A DNA stretch of 63,844 nucleotides, the filler included, from Squatina squatina (Eukaryota), in the NCBI GenBank assembly GCA_031763465.1. It is 4 parts of 4 records of this genome, joined end to end, with 100 filler letters (N's around TTAATTAATTAA, not from the genome) between each part and the next. Parts side by side here need not be neighbours in the genome. Positions count along the whole stretch, not along the records: positions 34,584 to 51,272 come from JARFOE010000058.1; positions 51,373 to 63,844 come from JARFOE010000001.1; 2 more parts are not named here. One strand, 5' to 3'. A model generated the notes under the pieces. It was not told where the DNA came from and ran no database searches. It saw only the letters and a list, made by a program, of their open reading frames with translations. Position 1 is the stretch's first letter. Every line of letters starts with the position of its first letter. This document shows, piece after piece, positions 47,826 through 61,480 of this stretch. A program made the position numbers and the translations under genes.

Positions 47826-49308
47826 CTGAGGCCTGAGTTCACATGCGTGTTTTCAATTTACTAAGAAGTGTCTAGTATTATTCATAATATTTAATATTTC
47901 TGTTAAATCCACTGTTTATTTAAATGAATCTGTTTACAAAATTAAAAAAAAATCTGCAAATGCTTTCGCTCAGCACTGACAATTAATTGAACTATTTTGG
48001 CAACAGATCCAAACTTTTCTCTTATTTTGATATCCTTACTGATCATGAGATTCTACTGGGCACTGTGGGGTAGATTGCTATGCGTTTCGCACATTTATTG
48101 ATTTCAAAGTGGAAGCCCTGTGGTCGAATTCTGCTCCCCATGATGCCATATTGATTGGGAGGCTCTATAGGTGTCCCTGGTGGCTGCCTGAAATAAATAC
48201 AGGCATCAGTTAAATATATTAATAAGACCCCTGTGCCTGAAATAGGACCCTCTTGTGAAATTGGTATCCGTGCACACCTGAAACGTCACTTCCTTAACTT
48301 GCTCATAAAATGATGGCAGGAACAGTCAGCAAGCAACCTTGATAAGNNNNNNNNNNNNNNNNNNNNNNNNNNNNNNNNNNNNNNNNNNNNNNNNNNNNNN
48401 NNNNNNNNNNNNNNNNNNNNNNNNNNNNNNNNNNNNNNNNNNNNNNTTTTATTTGTAATTACGTTCATTCATATTATTAAAACTATAATCAGGTCCAATA
48501 TTTGAATAAAGTTATTTCATTAAACATGTGTTCATAATTTACGACATGAAAATATTTAATTATTGGCTTAGATATCCCCTTACACTAATGCAAACAGGTC
48601 CTGCCTTGTTTGCATCAACGTGCACAATTGCTGGGCTAGTTGATGGGCAACTAGCCCAGCTCTGCACAAGGGACTGCTTCTTCTTGGCTTGCGTGGATGA
48701 CCTGCTAATGCAAATTGACAGACCTCAATTTCCAGATTTTGCACATGCGCAAACACATGTGGAAATTCCAGACTTGAAATAGATTTCAAAGGGAATACAA
48801 TGGTGTACTTTGAGAGTGTGCTGTCATACACACCACAATTTCCGGGCTCTTATCTGCACCCAGACAGATTCTAATTCCTGATCTTTTGAGGAAAGATAGT
48901 ACCTCATGACTGCTCTCATTTCAACCTTTATTATCAGTGCTACACCACTCTTTTTTCAATTCTGCCTGACTTTTCAAACCATCAGGTAACCTGGAATGTT
49001 TAGTTCCTAACCTTAGTTTCCTTTCTAAGGGAATGTAGTAAACAATTTTTGTTGAGTGTCTCAGCCATATTTGTTTTCTTCACAGACGAAGACTTTCTTG
49101 GCAATAATTTTCTTCTCTGTTGGGTTCTATTCACATTTTGTCAACTTTACCCAATCAGTACATCATATAATTATCAAGTCAATCAACTGCCAAATAGAGT
49201 GTGATCGTATACCAGAGATTGTGTGTGAGATGGTTTATATTCATTTGTGAAGATAATAACTTTAATCTCTTGTTATTTTTTTCTCCCCTTTTCTGTGTTT
49301 ATTTTTAG

Positions 49309-49478
<170 letters not shown>

Positions 49479-49884
49479 NNNNNNNNNNNNNNNNNNNNNN
49501 NNNNNNNNNNNNNNNNNNNNNNNNNNNNNNNNNNNNNNNNNNNNNNNNNNNNNNNNNNNNNNNNNNNNNNNNNNNNNNAAAATAGGATTGATATTCTGGG
49601 GGATTGAAAAGCAGGGTGCAGGAGAATACAGGGGTGAAACATTCTAGACTTACTGCTGGAAGGAGCAGATTAGAGTGATTGGTCAGTTGTTCCAATTTTC
49701 CATTTTGTTTTAATGTAGCAGTGGAAATATTTTGATATTAATCTCTCCTTCTCCATTTTTCTGCTCATCTCAGTAATGTCAATGCATAGCTCTAACACCC
49801 ACCAATAGGACTATTCTGCCTAATGGGTCAAATTCAATGGAATAGTTTGTCCAGTTGTGTTTCAGCTCCTTAGAATGTATTTCT

Positions 49885-50270
49885 AGGAGCTGTCTGAGTG
49901 ACGCAGTCAGTAAGTACCATGTAACTGAGCCATACAGTTCAAAAAGACTCAGATTCAATAATGGTCTATATTAAACTAGCTGGGGCTACAATAGACATGC
50001 TACAAATGTTTCCAATGTCTCCTGGACCAGAGATAGAAAAATCAGTTAGAGCTGCTGCTCCGAATTTCTATCCTATGATGCCGTCTACAAAATGTGCACA
50101 TTGCACAGTGATAGGATCAGGTTTGAGTGCAATGCTCCTCTATGGATGAGTAACCTGATGATATTCATTATCTGGGCTCACATGAGTGGAATGACCATTT
50201 TAGCAAGGTTTTGGTGGACTGATGGTGCCCTTGGCAGCATGCCAGCACCTTCAGGAAAGAAGGGCAAAAA
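49885..50270 (+). mobile_element. Old tRNA-headed SINE
   Basis: Related to 41560-41914 and 53415-53810. Confidence 0.5.
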
Positions 50271-50554
50271 AAGGCTTCCTTTGTATTGTATCTTTGCACC
50301 TCAATATCACCAGATACCTGTGTGAAAATTACCCCTTGTGAAAGTAATGATAATAGTAATCATTTTCACTGGAAAACCTGCCATGGTCCTGAAAGTTCAG
50401 ATAATAATCACTTATAAATTAGCTTCTTGGGATTTTTTCCCCCTAAGTTATTTAAATGAAGTCAGTAAGCTGTTGTATTATCCACTTTAGAGCCACTAAA
50501 ATAAATTGATATCAGCCAATTATCCATACTCTGTTTTTCTTTGTTTAATGGCAG

Positions 50555-50746
50555 CTTTGGGTGAACCAGGAAGACACTGTAGATGAAGCCAGTAGTGAGA
50601 TTCAAAATGGGCATCTGGACCCAAACTCCGACTGCCTGTGCCTCGGCAGAAGTATCCAGAACAGAGACCAGATGAGGGCAAATGTCATCAATGAAATTAT
50701 GAGCACAGAACGACACTACATTAAACATCTGAAGGACATCTGTGAG
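50555..50746 (+). CDS. ARHGEF9: ARHGEF9 exon (SH3-DH linker, start of DH domain)
   Basis: ggcag|CTT ... GAG|gtaata; 192 nt; LWVNQED...[30 protein letters not shown]. Confidence 0.96.
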
Positions 50747-51272
50747 GTAATAATAACATATCTACAGCTCCAAGTTTCTTCATACTGATAATATAAATAG
50801 CATGGGAGAGTTCTGATTGCTGCACTTTTGTTCTTGGGAACATTCATTGTTACTCTTCAAAAAATCAATAGGTCCAGATTATTTAATTATTAATAAATTA
50901 TGTCCCTGCAGCTAAGACTTAAAGCTGCAGTATGTTAAAGAATCAGAAGGGATGAATTGCTTTGAGTCTTCACTCCTGTGCCACTATGAATTTAGCAGAA
51001 CTTCAATGGAACTTGTGTAAGTGGGGTTCCAACAAATTTCTGCTGAAGTTACGATCACACAGCAGGAAAAGACTGAAGGAAATTCTCCCCCGTGGAGTTC
51101 TTAAGTCTTATTTATGAAGTGCCATCATCTTTTAATAAAAATCCAAGGCATCAGTGAATATTTTGAAAAGAGACCTAATTTTAATCCTCACTCTGATGCT
51201 ATTTGCCAGCACAAATCAATATATTTTTTTAAATTTATATATCCTCCTTAATCTCTTGTGGCATTGCTTGTG

Positions 51273-51372
51273 NNNNNNNNNNNNNNNNNNNNNNNNNNNN
51301 NNNNNNNNNNNNNNNNTTAATTAATTAANNNNNNNNNNNNNNNNNNNNNNNNNNNNNNNNNNNNNNNNNNNN
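51273..51372. other. Artificial scaffold linker
   Basis: TTAATTAATTAA at 51317-51328 with 44 N each side. Confidence 0.95.
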
Positions 51373-52595
51373 ATATCTTGGTTGTCCTGCTCCCTCTGCA
51401 CATGGTTTCCCATTTTGCTGCATATTTTGAAACCGTATTTTTTAAATTTAAATTTTTTATTCCTTGGGGTGCTCCTCTCTGCCTCCGAGGTTGCTTTTCT
51501 TCCTGCTCCTGCCTTTGGGATTCCAGCTCCCAACATCAGCATTATTCAACTTCCTATAACTTTAATGTTTTTCTTTAAAATCTTAATTGTTTTTAAAGCC
51601 CTCTGGCCATACTACTCAGCTTCTGATGGCTCTCCCCAGCCTGACACCTCCTCTTCTGATACTGCGCCTAACCTGCATTCTGGCCTGATGTCTCCCATGG
51701 TGCGCTGCCGCTCCCACTACTTACCCGTCTCGTCCTAACTGCTAGAGGTGCCAACCTACAAAATTCATTCAGACGCTCTCAGTTCTGATGACGACTCAGC
51801 ATTTCAAGTGAAGCTCAAGATGTGTGGGATCAGCAGACTATGGCGAAATGGGATGCAATATTTAACCAATATGACATCTAACCGATTCCAGTGCTCCCAT
51901 TGCCAACAACAGCAGGCAATGGCCAACATTTCAGTTCAGATGAAGAAAAAGGATCTTCGTCAGTAAGTGTGGCAAAGTAAAAGAGATAAGGAGAGAGAGA
52001 GATGTGACCAAAGTGGCAGAGTGGATGACCAGAGACAGAAGGGGAGCAGTTCAGTAATGGCAAACAGAGGGAAGGATAAGGAAGAAAAGACAGATAAAAA
52101 GATGTCAAAAGGAAGAAAGCTACACATGTAGCTAAAAATCAGGAGAAAGACACATTAAAGAAAGAATTAGATCAACAGAAGATTTCACAAAGACAGAAGT
52201 AACTCGAGACAAAGAAATGCAGGAATGAAGACAGAGATACAATGCGTACACACATATGCACGCACCACTATCAACAATGTCGCAGACTGTGCCAGAGGAC
52301 CAAAGATTAAAATAAGAAATCAGGTGGGAGACAAATGGACACAAGACATTTCAGAGAGAGTTATGTGACAGAGTAATTGTGGCAAATACATAAAGTAATC
52401 AATGAAAAGGGGAGACAGATGGGAGAGGAGAAAGATTGTGGCTTCACATGAAGGCAGAGAGATGGATTGAAAAATATTCTTCATAATGTTAACTGGTACA
52501 TTGTACAGCTGTTATATAGCAGCTAAATGACATGCTTTCTTAATATTAAACTATTTCTTCCTTCCTAACATTTGAACTTAATCAGAATTACTCAC

Positions 52596-52691
52596 CTCAA
52601 AATTGACATGTCCATTCAGTAAACGATTGGCACAACCCTCGTTTAAAAAGTAAATATCCTTGATTAATAGACTGCAGAAAGGAATTACAAT
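52596..52691 (-). CDS. RASGEF1B: RASGEF1B exon (CDC25 domain)
   Basis: gacag|ATT...GAG|gtgagt; IVIPFCSLLIKDIYFLNEGCANRLLNGHVNFE; 96 nt; absent from the ORF track. Confidence 0.93.
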
Positions 52692-53414
52692 CTGTCAAAA
52701 AATACAAATAAGTAACATTAAATAAAAACAGGTTATAAACTTCAGTTAAAGAGTAAACCCCATGAATTAAACTATTAATTACACATATTGATGAACCTTA
52801 CAGGAGTATGTTGTTTTACTGGAGGTGCAGCAGGTCACAAAGTGAATGGCTAATAATGGGTTGCTCTAACACTATGCAAATGTTAGCTGGAAAGCACTTA
52901 ATGTATGTAATTTCTTGCCTGCCATGTTAATGGAGACATTATGCAACTTATTTTAAATGATTAACACCTTCACTAAAATATTAGATAAGGAATTTCATAT
53001 GAGTCACGTGCTTGTACCCTAATATTCACGTAGCGCAATTTCAAGGCCATAGGTTTTTAAGGCTCCTATACTTTTGCATTACTTTCCCTTGGTATCTTTA
53101 TACTCTGCAAGACTTTGTTTAGAAGTCAGACAAGCAATACCAGCAATCAAGCTCAATCTGAGGTGTTGAGCAATTATCTTGCAAAATATGTGGTGTAGCA
53201 TATCATTGTTGACCAAGGGTTCTGACTTTAAAACACTGAGCTAAATTAACAGAAGTTACAAATAAAACTGTAACATATCTTACTGGCCTACATTGGAATA
53301 CAACTATCAAAATCTAGGCTAGTTTAGAGGAAACCTGACTGCAGATTCCTAAACTGCTTTTAGTTACAAGATTGCAATTGATGGCAACTGTGGGATTCTA
53401 CCATTGCTGCCTTT

Positions 53415-53810
53415 ATTAAAGTAAACAGTTAACTGACTCCCCGATGGCTCAGGAATTTATTGCTTCAATGTGGAGATGCAGAAAGCTCAGCAGTTCCACC
53501 TGCAGTCTGTGCTGAGTTATCTCACCTCTGTTATGGGTATTATAATCGGCTTCAACATCCCTGGATTGTGGAGGGAAAATCAGCCATTACGTCCACTTCT
53601 GATTGCTATTTGGCAACCCTACTGGAAGTGTGTATAGACAACAGGTAAGAACAAGATTGGACTGCGATGTGGTGCCTGTTATGTTTGAACAGGTTTCCAA
53701 AGCTTATTGTCATGGCTCACATTTGAATAACAGACACTTAGTCAAAGTACTAGAGAGTGACCAGCGTCAGTGAAACCATAGTCCAGTAAGAAGTCAACAT
53801 ATTCAGGAGA
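53415..53810 (+). mobile_element. Old tRNA-headed SINE
   Basis: gatggctcag A-box-like start, gtctgtgctgagttatctc; related to 41560-41914. Confidence 0.5.
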
Positions 53811-54997
53811 AAAATGGAGGGAAACAATTAGCAGAGAAAAAAAGGCAATAGGTAAAACTTAATTTACACATTGTTGAACTTTTAGGGGGTGAGTTTACAT
53901 TGAGCAATAGTGCAAAAGGGACAATAAGTGCAGCGGCTGCCTCTTCTACATTCTCTCGAATTTTCTTTTCCATTGACTTCAAATAACAGCTTTTGCTGAT
54001 CTGCTAAAATGTACAAATGGAATTTTCTCCACATATGAACAAAAGCTTCATGAATAGCTAGCTACCTCAGTACTAGAACAACAACAATAACGTGCCTTTC
54101 ATCCTGCAGCTTTTGACAGGGTTGACCACACTCCTCTAACACCTCTCCAAGGGGAGAACTGCATCACATNNNNNNNNNNNNNNNNNNNNNNNNNNNNNNN
54201 NNNNNNNNNNNNNNNNNNNNNNNNNNNNNNNNNNNNNNNNNNNNNNNNNNNNNNNNNNNNNNNNNNNNNCTTGAAGCTTGCTAATTTTATATTTATATCT
54301 ACAACTCTGTGTTCACAATCCAAATGGAATAACCTGCCTGCACCTTTATTTTGCAGTTTTTGAAACTTGGAATGTATCTGCACTCAATCTTTTTTCGAAT
54401 GAAAATAATCAGGTCATTGAGTCTGCCTTCATAACAGAGAGCTCTGAGGCCTCAAATCATCCGTGTCACTCATCTCTTGAACCGCTTCCAATGCATCAAT
54501 GTCATTTTGAAGGTAAGGTGCTCACAATTTCCAAATGTTGTTTCATATGTGGCCCAACCAATAATCTATAAAATGTTAGTATAATTTGTTTTGACTGATA
54601 CTCAAATGCCCTTGAGATACAACCCAGTATACGATTAGCTTTGTTGATAACATTGCATTAACTTTGCTCAAAAGACAGCATTTTGTTAAAAATTCCCAGT
54701 GTCAAAGTTACTGACAATTTAAAACTAACAAGCTTACCTGATACATCCTTCTAGAATTAATAGGCTGTTTTTTTTAAATTTTATTTTCTGAATATTAAAC
54801 TCATAATCAGTAGCTTATCTGGGTGCTCTGATTGTTTGGTATCTGTTATTAGATACCATTGCAGCTGACTGGTTATAATTTAGAAAGCGTATCACGGACA
54901 CATTTCACAAATAATACTGTCGGAATCTAATGAGAATCTACAAGCTTGATTGATCTGTCCTGTATGCATTAAATCTCAGTTTATGAGCAATACTCAC

Positions 54998-55100
54998 AAA
55001 TAATTGCCATCAAGGAATTGAAGTTGCCAATGTTAAAGCACTCCCGAGCTACATCTATGAAATATTCTATTACTCGTGCCCTGTGCTTCTTCTTCACCGG
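54998..55100 (-). CDS. RASGEF1B: RASGEF1B exon (CDC25 domain)
   Basis: cacag|CCG...T|gtgagt; PVKKKHRARVIEYFIDVARECFNIGNFNSLMAII; 103 nt. Confidence 0.95.
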
Positions 55101-55697
55101 CTGTGAATGACAGATGAGAAAATTGTAGTTCTTGTTTTGAATCTGAAAGATTAAATGGAGTCTGAGTGAAGACAGCGATGAGATCATCACCATAATTGTG
55201 CTGAAGTAAGAGACTGCATTTTAGAATGACATTGTTCTGGTGCCTTTCTGCTTTCCCCATGTGTTGTATTTCATTGCAGGTTAGCATCTCAGACGGCACA
55301 ATTTGGGTTGCTTCACACAAGCTGTAATTGATTTGTTTCTCCTCGGCTCCTTTGTGAAATGCTTCCCGGGGCTCACTCTGTGGTATCTGAATGTTCTACG
55401 GTTGATGCATGGTGGAGCAGGAGCAGAGGTTTCCCTCTGCATTAGCTGTCTGTGTCAGGTCGGGGTTTGCCCACAGGTTCACAGCGGTTCACCACCAACA
55501 ATGTTTAACATTTGTTGTCCCTATTAAAAGTGAGGAGAGTTAAAGTTCCCTGATGTCTCAGCTAATTTAGATCTCGAGTAGCTGAGACACACAGACCNNN
55601 NNNNNNNNNNNNNNNNNNNNNNNNNNNNNNNNNNNNNNNNNNNNNNNNNNNNNNNNNNNNNNNNNNNNNNNNNNNNNNNNNNNNNNNNNNNNNNNNN

Positions 55698-56111
55698 TGT
55701 AGTCAGACGATAAATGGCAGCCCCCTCGGCCGGATCAGGCCACCATTGCCTGACTAGCGGCCAGGCTGGTGGCCCGGTCGCCAACCGCCCTGGTGGCCTA
55801 GAGTAGCACCCTTCAGGATGGCCGACAGCCCTCCCCTTTAAGGGAGGCTCGGCTCTTCTGCTGACAGCAGCGCGCTGTGCGCTGACATCAGCGCACTGTG
55901 CTGTGACGCAGTGTTCGGGAGGCCAGTGGCATGGCGCTGAAGCCTCGCCACTGGCGTCCAACCCCGGCTGCTCTGGGAACGCCTGGGAGCGCGCTGAGTC
56001 CCACAGACGCCCTGGAGCACCGAATACCGGGACGGGGCAGGCGCCGGCTTGGAAATGCCGGCTCCCGCCCCGTACGCATTTCCAATGCGGCCAGGGAGTC
56101 AATTTCGGCCC
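55698..56111 (-). mobile_element. Harbinger-type non-autonomous element
   Basis: GC/CpG-rich, ends caatttcggccc; homologous to 40933-41236. Confidence 0.65.
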
Positions 56112-56582
56112 TCTGAGGTTACATCTCCAGCATTCATATGGCCCCTGCAAAATTGCTAACTCTGCCCAGTTATATTATTAACTTCTTTATGTTTCTTGAG
56201 CCATCTCTAATGAACTAATTCAGTCCGTAAAGATATTTCAAGCTGGTGAATAAACAGGAGGATATCAAGCCCCAAATGGCAACATCTGAGTTTGCTATTT
56301 CAGAAATCGTCAACATACCGGGCAATTACAGCACTGTAAGAGCCATCATTTACACACTGTAATCACACTATTAAATAACTTTTGCCCCCTTACTACGGAT
56401 CCACCAACTTCTCACAGAACCTTAGTAAACATGCACCTCCAAAGCTTAGGGAATAGAGGCTTAAGGGCCATAAAATTGAGTCACCATTATGACAAAATAG
56501 AAAAAGTACAAAATAAAAAAGCTTTTATGCACTATAAAATATAACCCAGTGGTACAATAATAATAATATATAAAACACTAAC

Positions 56583-56795
56583 CAGCTCTATGTGTGTTAG
56601 CTGCTGAGCTAAAGTGTATGGATCACTGCAAATGGTCACTACGTCTCTCTGAATGGATTGTGGTTTGGTCTTTAGCACAGTCAATCGGTCTGTGACAGAT
56701 GCATTTAACTTTGTGAGAACTTCTTCGTACTGGTTAAGGGTAGCAAGCTTCCGGATCAAATTCTGAGTCAACTGGTGCATGGTTTTCCGATGTGA
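56583..56795 (-). CDS. RASGEF1B: RASGEF1B exon
   Basis: gccag|TCA...CTG|gttagt; SHRKTMHQLTQNLIRKLATL...KTKPQSIQRDVVTICSDPYTLAQQLTHIEL; 213 nt. Confidence 0.95.
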
Positions 56796-57409
56796 CTGGC
56801 ACAGAAAGAAAAAAACACATGTTAGTAAAAATAAGCATCCAGATAAATCTAATCTGGTATGTCATTGATTCATGTAAACAAAATATTTCCTTCATCGTTT
56901 ATAACTGAAAGACATCATCAGATTAATGCACAGAACTCCTGATGGCTGTTCAATGGCCTTTACTGGAAAATGGATAGGCTTGAGCTCAAAGGTTTTCTGC
57001 CCCCCACCATCCTACTCACATTTGAAAAGCTTGCCAATGGTCATCATATATGTCTACTTATAAGAATGGCTTATTGATACAGAAAGGCTACCTGGATCCA
57101 TGAACCCGTACCATAACATGAGTCACTACCTATCAGATAGGAGAGTGTTAAAAGGGGAGAAACTTGGCTGAAACATTTTTAAGGTCAAAAGAAGAACTGA
57201 GTTCAATGCCACAGACAAGTAGTTACCACAATCCTCTGCAGAGTCGTTCAGAAACACAGAACCTCTTATGAAGTTATACTGGAGAGCCAGTGTATAACAG
57301 GGATTAATATTTCAATCCGCATGGCAAATTGAATGGAGCTGCCACAGTTCTACTGCAACAGGGTAACTCTGCAGTGATACATGAATGCGATTTTTAAAAA
57401 ATACATAAG

Positions 57410-58480
57410 GCCTGTAATTAGGCACTTTTTAGCGCCTCTTTCTAGCCTTATGAAGGCGTGATGGAGACGCTAAAAAAACTTTGGGCGTTAAAAGCCCAAT
57501 TCACGCCTCCCGCAAAATTTGGCCCCTATTTTCTTTAGGCGTTAAAAATTATTGCCTCCGCGACCCGGCGAGGTGCTATTTTTTGAGGCTCTAGCTGCCG
57601 GTGACATCATCACGGCACGCAACACCTCCGCAGCGTCCCGACAGAAAATTCGCCAGTCTGAACGCCTCTGCTGGCCTCTAGAAAACAGCACCACAAAAAC
57701 CTATCGGTACACAGGTTTCCCGCGGCATTACGCCATCTTGTTTGAGGGGATAAATAGCTGACTCATTGCGAGAACGGCGAGTGGGGGCAGGGGTGCATGT
57801 GATGTGTTCCTGCCGCTTGACCGTTGAAAATGGCTTAGTTCCTACAATGGAAGGTCTGAGAAACTTTAACCCCTTCAGCTCACAGGAACTTTGAAAGGGA
57901 CTCCGACCATCACAATGGGTGCTGTTCTTGCAGTGGACCGTCTACTACTGCTCTAACTGAGGGAGTACCTCATCAGAAGGGGAAGGTGGAGACAAGAGCA
58001 GAGGCAAAGGCTCCAGCAGGCAGATGGTCAAGGGGGGCGGGGAATTGGGGGATCCAGAATGCCACCAATCCAACAGGCACAGCCTGCAGAGGTGCCAACA
58101 GATAGGCACAGGCAGAGGCCAGCTATCAGAGGAAGGGGCAGGCAGCCCCACCCCCAAGATGACCCAGCAACTGACCCACCAGCACCAGACCAGCAACAGG
58201 ACCGAGGCAGAGGAAGGGCCCGTTTTAACGTCCAAAGGAGGCATTACCAACACAGGGTCTTCCAGGAGCACTTCAATTCCCTCAACTTATCTGAGGAACT
58301 TTGTATGAGAAGACTTCTATTCTCCCGGGAGCTCTGCCATCTGCTCACTCCAGATCTCTAGCCACAAACTCGGGTCAGGACAGCTCTGTCTGTAGCAGTC
58401 AAGGTCATGATAGTACTCAGCTTCTTCACCAATGGCTCCTTTCAGGGAGCCACTGGAGATATGAGCAACATTTCGCAATT
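57410..58480 (+). mobile_element. Harbinger/PIF transposon with disrupted transposase N-terminus
   Basis: HRVFQEHFNSLNLSEELCMRRLLFSRELCHLLTPDL*PQTRVRTALSVAVKVMIVLSFFTNGSFQGATGDMSNISQ; in-frame stop at 58359. Confidence 0.85.
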
Positions 58481-60008
58481 NNNNNNNNNNNNNNNNNNNN
58501 NNNNNNNNNNNNNNNNNNNNNNNNNNNNNNNNNNNNNNNNNNNNNNNNNNNNNNNNNNNNNNNNNNNNNNNNNNNNNNNNTCAAGGGGAGAAGGTTATAC
58601 TTTCTCTTGTTGGAGATACTCATTGACTGACACTTGTGTAGTGCTAATGTTACTTGCGCACCACCGAGTCACCTCTAGAACCTCTGATTTAATGTTAACA
58701 ACATAAACCATAAGGCCAAATAAAAGACTTTAGTGTGCAGTGAATCAAATCAACAACAAAAATCTGAAACGATAAGGCTCTTAAATTGTAGTAGTTCTTT
58801 ACAGTTTCTCGGTAGCTGTTTCTCATCTCTTTCCTCATTATGTCGACCCTTATACTATATAATACTACAGTGTAACATTATATAATGTTATGATTTCTGA
58901 AAAATTAATTTTTCATGGTTTGTTGTTGAACAATGCAGTTAAAGGCGTCCTCTAAGATTAATAACAGCAAAATCTGAATCGCAAATTTAACACAGAAATT
59001 TGCATTTGCAAAGCTGGCATTAAACATTTATGCTTACCATGTATTAATAATACAGACATGCTGATTCACAGCCTTCACTCTGTGCTGGTGACCATTTTGG
59101 TCTCTGCAGGACACCAAGAGCAAAACACTAGATAACTCTCCAATTACCTTTTGCTGATTGTAAATATGGAGAGGGAGAAAAAGGGAAGTTTTGACAGAAC
59201 GCGAAGCTCTCCTGCCTCTCTGCAGTTTCCACTAGATTTTTTAATCACCTTATTTTCTCCTCGCTCCTCGTAAATTTTTCCCAGTATAGCTCTCAGGCAC
59301 CCCAAGTGCATGAAAAACATTCTGAGTAATAATGCTCAGAAAACAAAACTGCTTCTTGTCTCCAAATAAAATGTCTGCACAGCTGACCAGAAATATCAAA
59401 CAACAGGTAGAAAAGTCTAATAATTACCCTGAAGCAAAATTTATAATTTTCCCATCACAATAAGCCTTTCTGCTTTGCAGGAAAGTTTAACAATGTACAT
59501 TGTTGGATTCCGGCTGAGCTGGTGACTGAGGAATTTTACTTTTTCTATCCATGTGTACTTTAAGCTACAATATGTAAGTGTGTTTTACACCAAGGCCTGG
59601 CCTTGGAATCAGAACATTTTTGGGGGGACAAAAAAGGATTTAAGATTAAAAATAAATATGGTACCATAGAACATAGAACATACAGCACATAACANNNNNN
59701 NNNNNNNNNNNNNNNNNNNNNNNNNNNNNNNNNNNNNNNNNNNNNNNNNNNNNNNNNNNNNNNNNNNNNNNNNNNNNNNNNNNNNNNNNNNNNNAAAACC
59801 AGTCTCCATCACAAAAGGAGTTGCCTGCCATTTTTTCTACTGCAGCGAGCAAGGAGTGCAAAATATTCTGGACATATCTTCTGCTTTGTTCAGTGCTAGG
59901 GGCCAAATCACTTATGCGCCATTGTGTCACGGTGAAGATATAAACATATTCTTTATGTAAAACAATTCTGCTATGGAATATATACAGACACAGTTGAATT
60001 ATACATAC

Positions 60009-60185
60009 ATCAGGATAGTAGTCCACTGTAGGCACAAGGTGCTGGATCAGTGCCTCCAGAGACCCCGACACAAGGTTGTTGTCATGGTAAAATAGACCTC
60101 CACAATTCTCCTCTCTGGATGAGTACAGATGTCGGCTGTAACCACTGCTATTAAACATTGCTGCAAAGGTTGGTGTTTGCGGCAT
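60009..60185 (-). CDS. RASGEF1B: RASGEF1B first coding exon
   Basis: aacag|GAAAGC-ATG (exon begins 60191), GAT|gtatgt; MPQTPTFAAMFNSSGYSRHLY...SGSLEALIQHLVPTVDYYPD is closer to recalled 1B than 1A or 1C. Confidence 0.93.
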
Positions 60186-60569
60186 GCTTTCCTGTTTTAA
60201 AAAAAAAAGAGATAATGCTTATTACTAGTCGATAAAATCAGTGCAACACAAGGTTATATTGTTTGTTGTGATGTTGCAATCAGTCTGGACTTCCTGTGAA
60301 AATGAAGCCTGGTTCACAGTTCCAGGCAGTTAACATCATGGCCAGGATTTTCCTCCACAGTCTCGCTTACTGCTGCCTCCCTTCTCTGAACTGGATTTAC
60401 TTCCTGTGCCCTTGTCAGGACCACCACTGGTTGCACCTTTCCCGACCACCACGTGTAAACTGGAAGGGGAGAGAGGGGGAGGACTTGGTCCCAAGCCAAT
60501 TTTCCTCATGTTACCACCACGTTACCACCACGTCCTTGGGCTGCAATAGAGAGGGAGGCAATAGGCCCA

Positions 60570-60707
60570 GGAACATAGGAAGAAGAGTAGGCTATTCAGT
60601 CCCTCGAACCTGCTCCACCATTCAATGAGATCACGGCTCATCTGTCTCTTAATGCCATCTACCTGCCTTGGCTCCATATCCTTTTATAGCAAAAATCTAT
60701 CAATCTC
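60570..60707 (-). mobile_element. CR1 LINE tail
   Basis: gaacataggaagaagagtaggctattcagtccctcgaacctgctccaccattcaatgagatc. Confidence 0.8.
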
Positions 60708-60807
60708 NNNNNNNNNNNNNNNNNNNNNNNNNNNNNNNNNNNNNNNNNNNNNNNNNNNNNNNNNNNNNNNNNNNNNNNNNNNNNNNNNNNNNNNNNNNNN
60801 NNNNNNN

Positions 60808-60935
60808 TGCTATACACCAGCCGAATCCCGCGGCAGCTGGCTGGAGTGTCACAGGCCGCTGCAAAGACGTCACCACCCGACGAGCGCCTCCCAGAGGTGT
60901 GACCCGGGCAAATCCAGATGGGGAATTTCGCCCCC
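60808..60935. mobile_element. Harbinger-like MITE end
   Basis: Ends ggggaatttcgccccc followed by ttaa. Confidence 0.55.
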
Positions 60936-60936
60936 T

Positions 60937-61480
60937 TAATATCCTTCTCTCGGGTGGAGTCCAATGCTGCACACAGTACTCCAACTGAGATTTTATTAAG
61001 GTTTTATATAGGCCCCATCATTACCTCTTGGCTTTTATATTCTCTACTGTTTGTAATAAAACCTAGAATTCCACTAGCTTATTTAGGGTCTTATCAACCA
61101 GAGGTGCTGCCTTTTATGTTCTGTCAACCTATCAACCTGTATCCTCAAATCTCTCCACTCTTCCACAGCACTTATTCCTTCTATTCATTGTATAATTATT
61201 GTTTTTGTAACAAATGCATCACCTCACACTTGCTGACACTGAATTCCATCTGCCATCTTTTAGCCCATTGCGCTAACAGGGGCAAAGAGACAGTACGAGA
61301 ATAGATTGGCGGCTAACATAAAAGGGAATACAAAGGTCTCCAATAGGCATATTAACAGTAAAATGGTTGTCAGAGGAGCGGTGGGGCCAATTAGGATCCA
61401 AAATGGAGATCTATTGGAGGCAGAAGGAATGGCTGAGATACTACAAGAGTACTTTGCTTCTGTGTTTACCAAGGAAGAGG
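60937..61480. mobile_element. Two CR1 fragments in opposite orientation
   Basis: Minus: MEYCVQHWTP; plus from ~61270: LAANIKGNTK...MAEILQEYFASVFTKEE. Confidence 0.8.

Noticed and set aside
55524-56150. 208-aa GC-rich ORF
   Set aside because: Lies in a repeated transposon-derived element and spans a gap
59930-59955. YVYIFT just downstream of the first RASGEF1B exon, resembling the next exon's TYIFT
   Set aside because: No further similarity; intronic coincidence
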